Shown: in pieces, positions 17,731 to 27,647 of the stretch
Layout: every line of letters starts with the position of its first letter
How positions within the stretch are numbered: position 1 is the stretch's first letter
Source of the DNA: an uncultured Sulfurimonas sp.
Lineage (GTDB): Bacteria > Campylobacterota > Campylobacteria > Campylobacterales > Sulfurimonadaceae
DNA length: 64,000 nt
Assembly (NCBI GenBank): GCA_963662755.1
Contig: OY759725.1
Location: forward strand, 941,781 to 1,005,780
Direction of reading: 5' to 3'
Position numbers and translations under genes: made by a program
The notes under the pieces: model-generated
What the model was told of the DNA's origin: nothing
The model's database searches: none
Seen by the model: the letters and a program-made list of their open reading frames with translations, nothing else

Positions 17731-18200
17731 CAGGAAGTGTGTTCGTCAATAGCTTTGTTCCACATAAGCTTATATTTTCTACGCATAAATTCAACTTCTT
17801 GTTGAGAAAGTTTTAATTGCTCTTGAAGTGTGTGAATAGTTTTTCTATCTTCATCATAAAGCTCTTGAAGAGAGGCTAAAGCTTCTCTTAAAAATTCATT
17901 TTCATTTTTTACAGAGACGATTGTTTCATCTTTGGCATCTAGAACTTTTTCATGAAGATTGATGATAGTACCTATTGTTTTTTCAACAAATTCAGGTTGT
18001 ACCAACATCTCTTTTGTATTACGAAGTGAGAGCTCTTTTAATTGAGCAGGAACTACTTGGTCTGAGCCTTTAGATGGGTCAATCATTCTAACACCATTTT
18101 CTACTTTTACAGTTAGTTTTTCACGTTCGCATAAATCATCAATCGCGTTAATATCTAAACCTGTAAGTTCCATATACTCATCATCACTCATCCACGTCAT
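17730..18200 (-). CDS. DUF3972 domain protein
   Basis: TIINLHEKVLDAKDETI..KNENEFLREAL..QELYDEDRKTI coiled-coil motif; position between purE and glyQ; ATG at 18200 has the better SD spacing. Confidence 0.75.
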   Translation of the reverse strand: MTWMSDDEYMELTGLDINAIDDLCEREKLTVKVENGVRMIDPSKGSDQVVPAQLKELSLRNTKEMLVQPEFVEKTIGTIINLHEKVLDAKDETIVSVKNENEFLREALASLQELYDEDRKTIHTLQEQLKLSQQEVEFMRRKYKLMWNKAIDEHTS

Positions 18201-18206
18201 AGCCAT

Positions 18207-18316
18207 TCCTTAATTTATTTCATAAATTTAAGGGAACCTTTGCATTTTGTATATTACGATAAAGAAACGACTCCCTTTATCTACGCTAACGCTTGGTTTC
18301 CCTCGGCGGGAAGCCC
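18207..18316 (-). repeat. Dispersed structured element, copy A (MITE-like or RNA motif)
   Basis: Aligns with 25328-25440; includes 31 identical nt (aaggttcccttaaatttatgaaataaattaa). Confidence 0.75.
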
Positions 18317-18346
18317 ACGGTATTAATACCGTCTAAAATTTAAAAT

Positions 18347-18847
18347 TTATATCTTTATAATTGTCTCTATTTCTAAAGAATCCATTTCAACTTTTTTAGC
18401 TTTAGAAATTCTATCTTCTCTTAGTTTTACTGTTAATTCTTCATTATCAAGTGCTAGCATCTGCATAGCTAAATAAGCAGAATTTATAGCTCCTGCTTTT
18501 CCTATAGCCACAGTAGCAACTGGCATTCCAGCTGGCATCTGAACAGTTGAGAGTAGTGCATCTATACCACTTAAAGCAGAAGCAGACATAGGAACACCAA
18601 TAATAGGTTTAACAGTTTTAGAAGACAAGACACCCGCTAAATGTGCAGCCATTCCTGCAGCAGCTATAAAGACTTGAGCCCCTTTTTTCTCAGCTTCTAA
18701 AATATACGTCGCTGTTCTCTCTGGTGAGCGGTGAGCTGAAGATATAATCATCTCATAGTTAACACCAAAAGCCTCTAGTGTGTCAGAACAAGACTTCATT
18801 ATTTCATAGTCACTTTTTGAACCCATTACAATTGATACAAATTTCAT
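18347..18847 (-). CDS. purE: N5-CAIR mutase
   Basis: MGSKSD, SAHRSPE, AGMAAHLAG, STVQMPAGMPVATV. Confidence 0.97.
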   Translation of the reverse strand: MKFVSIVMGSKSDYEIMKSCSDTLEAFGVNYEMIISSAHRSPERTATYILEAEKKGAQVFIAAAGMAAHLAGVLSSKTVKPIIGVPMSASALSGIDALLSTVQMPAGMPVATVAIGKAGAINSAYLAMQMLALDNEELTVKLREDRISKAKKVEMDSLEIETIIKI

Positions 18848-18886
18848 ATTATTTTCTCCTAAAATTTTTTAGATTATACACTTTTT

Positions 18887-20179
18887 TTATTTCTTTGGAA
18901 ATGTTCCCATATCTGGATGCGAAGGAATTCTAAAAAAAGTATAAGATGGAAAGAGTGTAGGCAAGGCTATAGGGTTTACATTTCCACTATGAACTTCTTC
19001 CCAAATTTTTCCATTTTGAGCTTTTAATTGTTTTAATTTTAAATAAAATTTTCCATCTCTTTCATAAGTAGAACCAATCTCATTATCTACTATTTCGACT
19101 TGTGAGCCAAGAGGAAAGACTACTTCCATCTCATCATTTGGCAAAGTTTTATACTTACATAAAAAATGAGTACCCTCTTCATTTACTTGACCTGTTACTT
19201 GATGCGTTCCTAGTTGCATTGTAAAATCCAAACTTTGAGTATCATGTTTTTCAAAAGGTCTTGAAATCAGATAAGCATCTGTATATCCGCGATTTTGTAA
19301 TGATTGTAGTTCATATTGATATTTATCAGCGTCATCTAAGCCTGCATAATAATCATCTATAGCCATTCTATAAGCTTTTGCAGTTGTTGCGGCATAATAA
19401 GCTGTTTTTGTACGACCTTCAATTTTTACAGAATCTATAACTCCGCTATCAAGTATCTCTTTCATATGAGATGCAAGATTTAAATCTTTTGAGTTCATGA
19501 TGTAAGTTCCAACGCCCTCATCTTCTTCAAGCTTGAAGAGTGTACCCGTCTCAGGATTTGCAGCATACATTTCATAAGGAAACCTACAATCATTTGCACA
19601 AGATCCACGATTTGGTACACGACCGCTTTGAAGAGTAGAAATAAGGCATCTTCCACTATAAGCAAAACACATAGAGCCATGTACAAATACTTCAAGTTCC
19701 AAATCTGGAAGTTCAGTTTTTATAGCAATCAAATCCTTGAGTGAAATTTCACGTGCTGTGATGATTCTTACAGCACCCATATCATAAAATATTTTTGCAT
19801 CTAGTACGTTCATAACATTTGCTTGAGTTGATAGATGCAAAGGAATCTGAGGAGCTAAATCGTGACATAGTTTTAAAACACCTGGAGTAGCTACAATGAA
19901 AGCATCTGGTTCTAACTCTGCCATAGCTAAAATATGTTTTTTTAAAAGTGAGAGTTGAGAGTTAAATGGAAAACCATTTATAGTTGCATAGACTTTTTTA
20001 CCACGAGCATGAGCATAATCAATACCCTCTTTAAACTCTTCCATACTAAACTCTTTACCAGAGCGAATACGAAGAGAGAAGTGACTAACACCACCATAAA
20101 CAGCATCTGCACCAAAATCAAGCGCGATTTTTAATTTCTCTAATGTTCCAGCAGGAGAGAGTAGTTCTACTTTACTCAT
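18887..20179 (-). CDS. Peptidase U32 family protein (TrhP-like tRNA hydroxylation candidate)
   Basis: ELLSPAG, GADAVY, HLSTQAN, EVFVHGSMCFAYSGRCLIS, NRGSCANDCR and KIEGR. Confidence 0.88.
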   Translation of the reverse strand: MSKVELLSPAGTLEKLKIALDFGADAVYGGVSHFSLRIRSGKEFSMEEFKEGIDYAHARGKKVYATINGFPFNSQLSLLKKHILAMAELEPDAFIVATPGVLKLCHDLAPQIPLHLSTQANVMNVLDAKIFYDMGAVRIITAREISLKDLIAIKTELPDLELEVFVHGSMCFAYSGRCLISTLQSGRVPNRGSCANDCRFPYEMYAANPETGTLFKLEEDEGVGTYIMNSKDLNLASHMKEILDSGVIDSVKIEGRTKTAYYAATTAKAYRMAIDDYYAGLDDADKYQYELQSLQNRGYTDAYLISRPFEKHDTQSLDFTMQLGTHQVTGQVNEEGTHFLCKYKTLPNDEMEVVFPLGSQVEIVDNEIGSTYERDGKFYLKLKQLKAQNGKIWEEVHSGNVNPIALPTLFPSYTFFRIPSHPDMGTFPKK

Positions 20180-20877
20180 CAGTTTCCAAACTGCTCTAAA
20201 AGTGCTTCTATATCATCTGTAGATGCTATATCATTATGTGTATCACCAACAATATGTTGCGCTGATGAAACTCTTTTTTCATCGTCTATTTTGCCTTCAA
20301 ATAGAGTGTTCATGTATTTTGAAAGTGCTCGCATTACATTAATAACACGTTCAATTTTTTGGCGATGAATATCTTGATATTGCATAATATCCATAACACT
20401 CATAATCGAATCACCACTACTTTGAATAACTTCTAAAGTTTCATTAATATCATTCAGTGCGGCTTCATTTTTTTCTAGTTGTGTTTTAAAAGCTGCTACA
20501 TCAGGAAATTTTTTACTTAGAGTAGTAAATAGCTCAACATTTGAGTTCATTACCTCAAGAACATTACTAGCGTTTTGCTCTTTTTCCATTAAATCGTTAC
20601 TAATATTTTCAATGATGTCAAAAATTTCACTTGCTTTTTCTTCACTCTCTTTTGTTACATCATCAAGTTGGTGAACCATTTTGTTTTCATCTGTAGCAGG
20701 AAGTGGCCAGTGGTGAGAAGTATCTTCACTATAACCAGCAGGAAGACCAGTCTCTTTTTCATTATCCTTAGAAGCTGATTTTTCTACAACAGCTTCTTCT
20801 TCAACGACCTCATCTTCTAACACATCAAAGTCGTCTATATCCCCATTCATCATAGCATCTAATTCTTCTTGAGTCAT
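20179..20877 (-). CDS. cheZ: CheZ-like chemotaxis phosphatase (HP0170/Cj0700 type)
   Basis: QYQDIHRQKIERV carries the CheZ DxxxQ signature; C-terminal DDIEALLEQFG resembles the CheY-binding peptide; located next to the U32 gene. Confidence 0.75.
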   Translation of the reverse strand: MTQEELDAMMNGDIDDFDVLEDEVVEEEAVVEKSASKDNEKETGLPAGYSEDTSHHWPLPATDENKMVHQLDDVTKESEEKASEIFDIIENISNDLMEKEQNASNVLEVMNSNVELFTTLSKKFPDVAAFKTQLEKNEAALNDINETLEVIQSSGDSIMSVMDIMQYQDIHRQKIERVINVMRALSKYMNTLFEGKIDDEKRVSSAQHIVGDTHNDIASTDDIEALLEQFGN

Positions 20878-20955
20878 TTTAATTCCCTAGCCAAATTTAT
20901 TTATTGTCACTATAATAGCATAAAAATCCGTAAGTTTTATTTTAGAGGCCAAGAA

Positions 20956-21735
20956 ATGATAGTAGATTTACATAACCATACTCCACTTTGCAATCATGCT
21001 GAGGGAGAAATTTTTGAGTACATAGAAAAAGCGATAGCATCTGGCACAAAATACTTTGGCTTTTCAGATCATGCACCTATGAATTTTGATCCAAAATATC
21101 GTATGCGTTTTGAAGAAATGCAAGGCTATGAGAAAGCAGTTTTAGATGCTAAAGAAAAGTACAAAGATAAGATAGAAATACTACTAGCGTATGAAGTTGA
21201 TTATCTTAAAGGTCATATGGATGAGAGAGTTTTAAATGCTAATGTTGATTATCTTATAGGCTCTGTTCATTTTATAGATGAGTGGGGATTTGATAATCCT
21301 GAGTTTATAGGTCATTATAAGCATGAAGATATTGATGTTATATGGCAAAAATATTTCAATACTATTACAGAAATGGCGAATAGTGGATACTTTGATATTG
21401 TTGGACATCTTGATTTGATAAAACTTTTTAAATATATGCCAAAAAAAGATATTAATGAGATTGCAAAAGATGCACTCAAAGCCATAAAAGAAGCAGATAT
21501 GGTTTTAGAATTAAATATGGCTGGATATAGAAAACCTGTAGCAGAAGCCTATCCATCTCCATCACTTTTAAAAGAGGCTTTTAATTTAGGTATTCCTATA
21601 ACATTTAGTTCAGATGCACACAAACCCGAACAAGTTTCTCTTTTTGGAGATGAACTAATTACAATGGCAAGAGATGCTGGCTATACAGAGTGTGCTTTTT
21701 TTAGAAAAAGGAAACGAACAATGATTAGTTTTTAA
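20956..21735 (+). CDS. hisJ: Histidinol-phosphatase, PHP/HisJ family
   Basis: DLHNHT..CNHA, FSDHAP, IGSVHF, GHLDL and FSSDAHKP; start moved to ATG at 20956. Confidence 0.88.
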   Translation: MIVDLHNHTPLCNHAEGEIFEYIEKAIASGTKYFGFSDHAPMNFDPKYRMRFEEMQGYEKAVLDAKEKYKDKIEILLAYEVDYLKGHMDERVLNANVDYLIGSVHFIDEWGFDNPEFIGHYKHEDIDVIWQKYFNTITEMANSGYFDIVGHLDLIKLFKYMPKKDINEIAKDALKAIKEADMVLELNMAGYRKPVAEAYPSPSLLKEAFNLGIPITFSSDAHKPEQVSLFGDELITMARDAGYTECAFFRKRKRTMISF

Positions 21736-22175
21736 CTTTTTGTGTTTACAAGCCACATAGAAAAAACATCTAAATAATCCCAAAAACTTTGAATATATTC
21801 TTCACTTATTCCCTCTTCAATGAGAGCTTCTAAAAGTGGAGCGTAAAGAGCAAGCCATACTTTACGACCCTCTTCATCTATGCGAAATGGAGCGTGTCTT
21901 CCAACCATTCTAGGTTCTCCACGACTCTGCTCAAAATATCTAGGTCCACCAGAGATTTGAATAAGAAAATCAAAAGCGTGTCGCTTAGCATCATCAAAAT
22001 CCTCTTCATCATGAATGGGAAATAAAAATGCTATATCACTATTTTCTATTAAATCATAGTGATCGTAAACTAATTTTTTAAATCTCTCTTCACCAACTTC
22101 ATGTAAAAATCCAGGATGTGGTTTCGTAACAGGTGGTCTTACACCAATTTCTCCGTCTGTTATTTTTAATTTCAT
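21732..22175 (-). CDS. Truncated hemoglobin (group II-like globin)
   Basis: FLIQISGGPRYF..RGEPRMVGRHAPFRID...VWL. Confidence 0.82.
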   Translation of the reverse strand: MKLKITDGEIGVRPPVTKPHPGFLHEVGEERFKKLVYDHYDLIENSDIAFLFPIHDEEDFDDAKRHAFDFLIQISGGPRYFEQSRGEPRMVGRHAPFRIDEEGRKVWLALYAPLLEALIEEGISEEYIQSFWDYLDVFSMWLVNTKS

Positions 22176-22230
22176 AAAAAACCTTTAAAACTTTGTTAGA
22201 ATTATACAAAATTATTATTAAGAATTTTAA

Positions 22231-23463
22231 ATGAATGTATCACCTGATTTTTCACCTTCCATAAAAATTATGAAGCCCTATTTTATATTATCTGGATTTT
22301 TCTATCTACTTAGTATGGCTTGGTTATTTTTTATAAATCCTCAAAATTCACTTGATAATTTTTCGATTATAGCTTGGGTTCACATCTATATGCTTGGCTT
22401 TGTCATGATGTCAATTTTTTCAGCTATGGCTCAACTCGGACCTGTTGTCGTTGAGACAAAACACTACAATGTAAATGTTTTTAAATATATATGGATATTT
22501 CTAAGTCTTGGTCTTATTGTTATGACATTAGGTTTTTACATAAATATAAAATTTCTGATTTTTGGTGGTTTTTTAGTCCTCATAGCTATAAGCATCTACT
22601 CTATAGAGTTCTTTTTAACTTTAAAAAACGCAAGAAGAAAAACAAGCATCACAAATGCAATGAAGATGAGTAATTTTTTTTTACTTCTTGGCATCATAAG
22701 TGGTTTAGTTATGGCATTTGGTTTTAATGGCTACATAGATATAAATCCTCACTCTATCTTAAAAACTCATACTTTTGGTCTTGTTGTAGGCTTTGTTATA
22801 CTTCTTATTATGGGGATTTCCATTATTTTAGTACCTATGTTTGGTTCATCAAAACGCATTAGCGACAATGAATTTTCAAAAAGTTTCAACACTCTTAGTG
22901 TCGCTGTTGTAACTATGCTTTTAACTCCCTTTTTTTTAACAACATATTTAGAAAATTTGGCTTATAGTTTTACTATTATTGCTATATTGCTTTACTTTTA
23001 TCAGCTATTTAAAATGACTGCATCTAGAAAAAAAGTAGTTCATGATATCTGGGCAAAATCAATCTATGTTGGATTTAGCTCTTTTATTGTTTCTTTTTTA
23101 CTTTTAGTTTTATATCTATTTTCAAACGATGCTTTAATACTAAAACTTTCTATGTGGATTATGCTTGTTGGATTTTTTGGTTTTTTAATAATTGGTAACT
23201 TTTACAAAATAATTCCATTTTTGATTTGGTTTCAAATTTACTCACCTCTAATAGAAGAACAGTCCGTTCCTATGATGCATGAGCTTTTACCTGAAAAATT
23301 AACAAATATGCAATTCACTTTTTCATCATTAGGATTTGCTATATCCTCTCTTGGCATCTACATAAGCACATATAGTATCTTTTATACTGGGGTAGTGTTT
23401 TTATTTATAGGAGCTTGTTTATTCTTTATTTCTATATATAAAATGTTGAGTAAAAATTTATAA
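22231..23463 (+). CDS. Multi-pass membrane protein with intramembrane His (NnrS/heme-copper subunit I-like, tentative)
   Basis: About 12 hydrophobic segments; WVHIYMLGF and KTHTFGLVVGF in two similar halves; GNFYKIIPFLIW. Confidence 0.5.
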   Translation: MNVSPDFSPSIKIMKPYFILSGFFYLLSMAWLFFINPQNSLDNFSIIAWVHIYMLGFVMMSIFSAMAQLGPVVVETKHYNVNVFKYIWIFLSLGLIVMTLGFYINIKFLIFGGFLVLIAISIYSIEFFLTLKNARRKTSITNAMKMSNFFLLLGIISGLVMAFGFNGYIDINPHSILKTHTFGLVVGFVILLIMGISIILVPMFGSSKRISDNEFSKSFNTLSVAVVTMLLTPFFLTTYLENLAYSFTIIAILLYFYQLFKMTASRKKVVHDIWAKSIYVGFSSFIVSFLLLVLYLFSNDALILKLSMWIMLVGFFGFLIIGNFYKIIPFLIWFQIYSPLIEEQSVPMMHELLPEKLTNMQFTFSSLGFAISSLGIYISTYSIFYTGVVFLFIGACLFFISIYKMLSKNL

Positions 23464-23524
23464 AGCGATTTTAAAGATTAGCTTTGTATAATACCTCCAT
23501 ATTAATTTTTAAAAGGAAATTGTA

Positions 23525-23845
23525 ATGGGTAAATATATAGAATTAACTGGTGCAGATTTTGAAGCAACTTTAAGTGAAGGTGTATCTCTTGTAGATTTTT
23601 GGGCACCTTGGTGTGGACCTTGTCGTATGATTGCTCCAGTAATTGAAGAGCTAGCTGAAGACTTTGATGGTAAAGCTAAAATTTGTAAAGTAAATACAGA
23701 TGAAGAGCAAGATATTGCTGTTAAGTTTGGTATCCGTTCTATTCCTACTATCATGTTTTTCAAAAATGGAGAAATGGTAGATCAAGTTGTTGGAGCACAA
23801 TCAAAACAAGCTCTAGCTGAAAAAATCAACGCTCTTTTAGCGTAA
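23525..23845 (+). CDS. trxA: Thioredoxin
   Basis: WAPWCGPC active site. Confidence 0.97.
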   Translation: MGKYIELTGADFEATLSEGVSLVDFWAPWCGPCRMIAPVIEELAEDFDGKAKICKVNTDEEQDIAVKFGIRSIPTIMFFKNGEMVDQVVGAQSKQALAEKINALLA

Positions 23846-23863
23846 TCTTTTAAGAGTTATAAG

Positions 23864-24352
23864 ATGCAAAAGAAGAGAGGCAAAAGCCTCTTTTCTCTTT
23901 CTACTCTCTTAGCTTCGTTCTTCGGTGCAGCTATGATTGCTGCTGCTTTTGCGTATTTCAACTATAAATTTTCTGAATATAAATTCATAGACTTCAAAGA
24001 GTGGGTCTTTTATGAAAAAAGTGATATCTTCTCTCCAACTGCCGATAAGTATATTGTAGTTTTTTACAGTTCTAAAGAAAAAGACACTATGGAGCTTCTA
24101 TCTAAAACTAAACTTAAGCTTCCAATTTTAGCTATTGACTACTACAATGAAGTTATACAAAACACCCAAAGCACGACTTTTTTAAGGGCTGGGACAAAGA
24201 CTTCACTTAACTTTATTCAACGCTTTAATATCTATGAATCCCCATCTGTTTTTTTTATAAAAAAATCAAAAGACGAGATTTATAAACAAGATAGTATGAT
24301 ACGCAAACTAGATAATTTAAAAGAATTAGCTTCACAGGTAGAAGCTCTGTAA
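23864..24352 (+). CDS. Hypothetical membrane-anchored protein, possible thioredoxin-like fold without CxxC
   Basis: One N-terminal TM segment; lies between trxA and trxB. Confidence 0.55.
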   Translation: MQKKRGKSLFSLSTLLASFFGAAMIAAAFAYFNYKFSEYKFIDFKEWVFYEKSDIFSPTADKYIVVFYSSKEKDTMELLSKTKLKLPILAIDYYNEVIQNTQSTTFLRAGTKTSLNFIQRFNIYESPSVFFIKKSKDEIYKQDSMIRKLDNLKELASQVEAL

Positions 24353-24365
24353 AGGAATAAACATT

Positions 24366-25307
24366 ATGATATTAGATTGTGCAATTATAGGTGGTGGACC
24401 AGCTGGTCTAACAGCGGGACTATATACAACTCGTGGTGGATTAGAAAATGTTACTATGTTTGAAAAAGGTATGCCTGGTGGTCAAATCACTCAAAGCTCT
24501 GAAATAGAAAATTATCCTGGTGTTACTGGTGAAATTACAGGAATGGATTTAATGATGCCATGGCCTCAGCAGTGCCAAAAATTTGGTTTAAAACATGAAA
24601 TGGTAGAAGTTACTCGCGTTAGTAAGAGTGGTGATATTTTTACAATTCATAAAGGTGATGGTACTACACAAGATGCTCATAGCGTTATCATCGGAACTGG
24701 TTCATCTCCACGTCGTGCAGGTTTTGCAGGAGAAGATGAATTTTTCGGTCGTGGAGTAAGCACTTGTGCTACTTGCGACGGCTTTTTTTACAAAGGAAAA
24801 GAAGTTGTAGTTATTGGTGGTGGAGACACAGCTTTGGAAGAAGCACTTTATTTGGCTAAAATATGTTCTAAAGTTTATCTTATTCACAGAAGAGATACAT
24901 TTCGTTCAGCTCCTAACACAGTTGAGAGACTAAAAAGAACTGAAAATATTGAACTTGTTTTAAACTCTGTACCAGATGAAGTTTATGGCGATAAGATGGG
25001 TGTAACTGGAATCCGTGTTAAAAACAACAATGGAGAACTTAGAGATATTGAAGTTCCAGGTGTATTTACATTTGTTGGAAATGATGTAAATAATCAAACA
25101 CTTATTCAAGAAGATGGTAGTTTTTTATGTGATATGAATGAATCAGGTGAAGTTATAGTAGATATTAGTATGAAAACTTCTGTAAAAGGTTTATACGCTA
25201 CTGGTGACATGAGAATAGCCGCTCCAAAACAAGTTGTAAGTGCAGCTGGTGATGGTGCTGTAGCAGCACTTCAAGCTATCTCATATGTAGATGAACTTTT
25301 AAATTAG
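24366..25307 (+). CDS. trxB: Thioredoxin reductase
   Basis: [30 protein letters not shown] and TGD. Confidence 0.96.
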   Translation: MILDCAIIGGGPAGLTAGLYTTRGGLENVTMFEKGMPGGQITQSSEIENYPGVTGEITGMDLMMPWPQQCQKFGLKHEMVEVTRVSKSGDIFTIHKGDGTTQDAHSVIIGTGSSPRRAGFAGEDEFFGRGVSTCATCDGFFYKGKEVVVIGGGDTALEEALYLAKICSKVYLIHRRDTFRSAPNTVERLKRTENIELVLNSVPDEVYGDKMGVTGIRVKNNNGELRDIEVPGVFTFVGNDVNNQTLIQEDGSFLCDMNESGEVIVDISMKTSVKGLYATGDMRIAAPKQVVSAAGDGAVAALQAISYVDELLN

Positions 25308-25327
25308 TACGCAAAAAAACTTTTTCT

Positions 25328-25440
25328 TGGGCTTCTTGCCGAAGGAATCCAAGAGATAGCGTAGGCAAAGGAATTACTTCCTTTACCGTGATAGATGAAT
25401 GGGATAAGGTTCCCTTAAATTTATGAAATAAATTAAAGGA
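25328..25440 (+). repeat. Dispersed structured element, copy B
   Basis: Homologous to 18207-18316 (reverse strand); ends in the dapB SD. Confidence 0.75.
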
Positions 25441-25448
25441 AAAATAAT

Positions 25449-26216
25449 ATGGTAAGAGTTGGTGTTTTTGGTGCAAATGGTAGAGTTGGAAAACTTATTA
25501 TTGATGATTTAAAAGAGAGTGAAAATATAAGTTTAAGTTCTGTATATGTTAGAAATGAGCTTAACTTTTCGATAGACCCTTCTGTTTTAGTGAGTACAGA
25601 TATTAAGTCATTTTTAAATGCTTGTGATATTGTTATAGATTTTTCACTTCCTGAAGCTTGTGAAGCACTCTTAGAAGCAGCTATTAAAACTCCAAAGCCT
25701 CTTGTTATTGGTACAACTGGTTTAAATACACATCAATTAAATCTTTTAAAACAAGCTAGTGAACTTATGCCTGTACTATACGCTACAAATATGTCTTTGG
25801 GTGTAGCTCTTTTAAACAAACTCGTATATCAAGCAGCATCTGCACTCGATGGTTTTGATATAGAAATAGTTGAAATGCATCACAAGCATAAAAAAGATGC
25901 ACCAAGTGGTACAGCACTTACTTTAGGAGAATCTGCAGCACGTGGTCGTGGACTTGAGTTAGATAAAGTAAGAGTAAGTGGTAGAGATGGTAATATTGGC
26001 GAGAGAAGTGATGATGAAATTGCCGTAATGGCTCTTCGTGGCGGAGATATTGTCGGTCGTCATACTGTAGGCTTTTACAATGATGGAGAGTTTATAGAAC
26101 TAAACCACACAGCTACTTCTAGAAATACATTTTCTAAAGGTGCTATAAGAGCTGGAGCATGGTTAGCGGACAAAGAGGCTGGTTTATATTCTATAAGTGA
26201 TTGTTTAGAGTTATAA
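25449..26216 (+). CDS. dapB: 4-hydroxy-tetrahydrodipicolinate reductase
   Basis: [34 protein letters not shown]. Confidence 0.97.
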   Translation: MVRVGVFGANGRVGKLIIDDLKESENISLSSVYVRNELNFSIDPSVLVSTDIKSFLNACDIVIDFSLPEACEALLEAAIKTPKPLVIGTTGLNTHQLNLLKQASELMPVLYATNMSLGVALLNKLVYQAASALDGFDIEIVEMHHKHKKDAPSGTALTLGESAARGRGLELDKVRVSGRDGNIGERSDDEIAVMALRGGDIVGRHTVGFYNDGEFIELNHTATSRNTFSKGAIRAGAWLADKEAGLYSISDCLEL

Positions 26217-26291
26217 ACATTATAAATATTTTAGGACAAATCAAGTATAATCCGCGAATAATATTTTATGAAGAAATAACAAGGAAAAAAT

Positions 26292-27647
26292 TTGCTAGAA
26301 GATGTTAATGAAAAATGTGCTGTTGTAGGAATTTATGGTCATCAAGAGGCTTCTAAGCTAGCTTACTTTTCACTTCATGCACTTCAACATCGTGGACAAG
26401 AAGCAGCTGGAATCAGCTCTTCAAATGGAGAAAAACTTCAAACAATTAAAAAACGTGGTTTGGTTATGCGTGTTTTTGATGAAGCTAAGTTAAAAACTTT
26501 AAGTGGTTCTAGTGCCATAGGTCACACACGATACTCAACAGCTGGAAACGACTCTATATTAGATGCTCAACCGGTATTTGCTAGATATGACTTAGGTGAA
26601 ATGGCTATAGTCCACAATGGTAATTTTACAAATGCAGAAGAAGTTCGCGATAAGCTAATCGAAAAAGGTGCAATTTTTCAAACCTTTATGGATACAGAAA
26701 ACCTTATACATCTTATAGCAAAAAGTGAACAAAAAAAACTTCTTGCTAGAATAATAGATGCTGTTCAAAGAATAGAAGGTGCCTTTTCTCTTGTATTTTT
26801 AAGCAGAACAAAAATGTTTGCTATGCGTGATCGTCATGGTTTTCGTCCTCTAAGTTTGGGAAGACTTTCAAATGGTGGATATATTGTTGCATCTGAGACA
26901 TGTGCATTTGATCTAGTTGGTGCTGAGTTTATAAGAGATGTAGAACCTGGTGAACTTCTAATATTTGAAGAAGGTAAAGAGCCTAAAAGTATAAAAGTAT
27001 TTGAACCAACTCCAAAACACTGTATATTTGAATATGTTTATTTTGCAAGACCTGACTCAAAAGTTTTTGGTCAGTCAGTTTACCAAACTAGAAAAAATAT
27101 GGGTAGAGAACTAGCTAACATTAAACCCGTTGAAGCTGATATTGTTATACCTGTTCCTGATGGTGGTGTTCCCTCAGCTATCGGTTATGCCCAAGAAAGT
27201 GGCATCCCTTATGAAATGGGAATTATGAGAAATCACTACATTGGTCGTACATTTATAGAACCTACTCAAGAGATGCGAGATCTAAAAGTTAAAATGAAAC
27301 TATCTCCAATGACAGAAATTATCAAAGGAAAAAGAGTTATCGTGGTGGATGATTCAATAGTTCGTGGAACAACTTCAAAAAGAATAGTAAGAATGTTAAA
27401 AGAAGCAGGTGCTAGTGAAGTTCATATGCGAATTTCTTCTCCTCCTACAACAGATCCTTGCTACTATGGTGTTGATACACCTAATAAAGATAAATTAATA
27501 GCATCAAATATGTCAACAGATGAAATATGTAAGTTCATTGAAGCTGACTCTTTAGCATACCTAGATGAAGCTTCACTTCTTAGAAGTGTAAATACTAAAG
27601 AAGACAACTACTGTACTGCATGTTTTACAGGAAAATACATAGTTTAA
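26292..27647 (+). CDS. purF: Amidophosphoribosyltransferase
   Basis: TTG start; EKCAVVG, LQHRGQE, GHTRYST, VDDSIVRGTT. Confidence 0.97.
   Translation: MLEDVNEKCAVVGIYGHQEASKLAYFSLHALQHRGQEAAGISSSNGEKLQTIKKRGLVMRVFDEAKLKTLSGSSAIGHTRYSTAGNDSILDAQPVFARYDLGEMAIVHNGNFTNAEEVRDKLIEKGAIFQTFMDTENLIHLIAKSEQKKLLARIIDAVQRIEGAFSLVFLSRTKMFAMRDRHGFRPLSLGRLSNGGYIVASETCAFDLVGAEFIRDVEPGELLIFEEGKEPKSIKVFEPTPKHCIFEYVYFARPDSKVFGQSVYQTRKNMGRELANIKPVEADIVIPVPDGGVPSAIGYAQESGIPYEMGIMRNHYIGRTFIEPTQEMRDLKVKMKLSPMTEIIKGKRVIVVDDSIVRGTTSKRIVRMLKEAGASEVHMRISSPPTTDPCYYGVDTPNKDKLIASNMSTDEICKFIEADSLAYLDEASLLRSVNTKEDNYCTACFTGKYIV

Noticed and set aside
20869-20955. Longer starts given for the PHP phosphatase (also 891, 27620, 48552 and 55839 for other genes)
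   Set aside because: Downstream starts have better SD spacing and match where family motifs begin; the longer starts overlap neighbouring genes or promoters.
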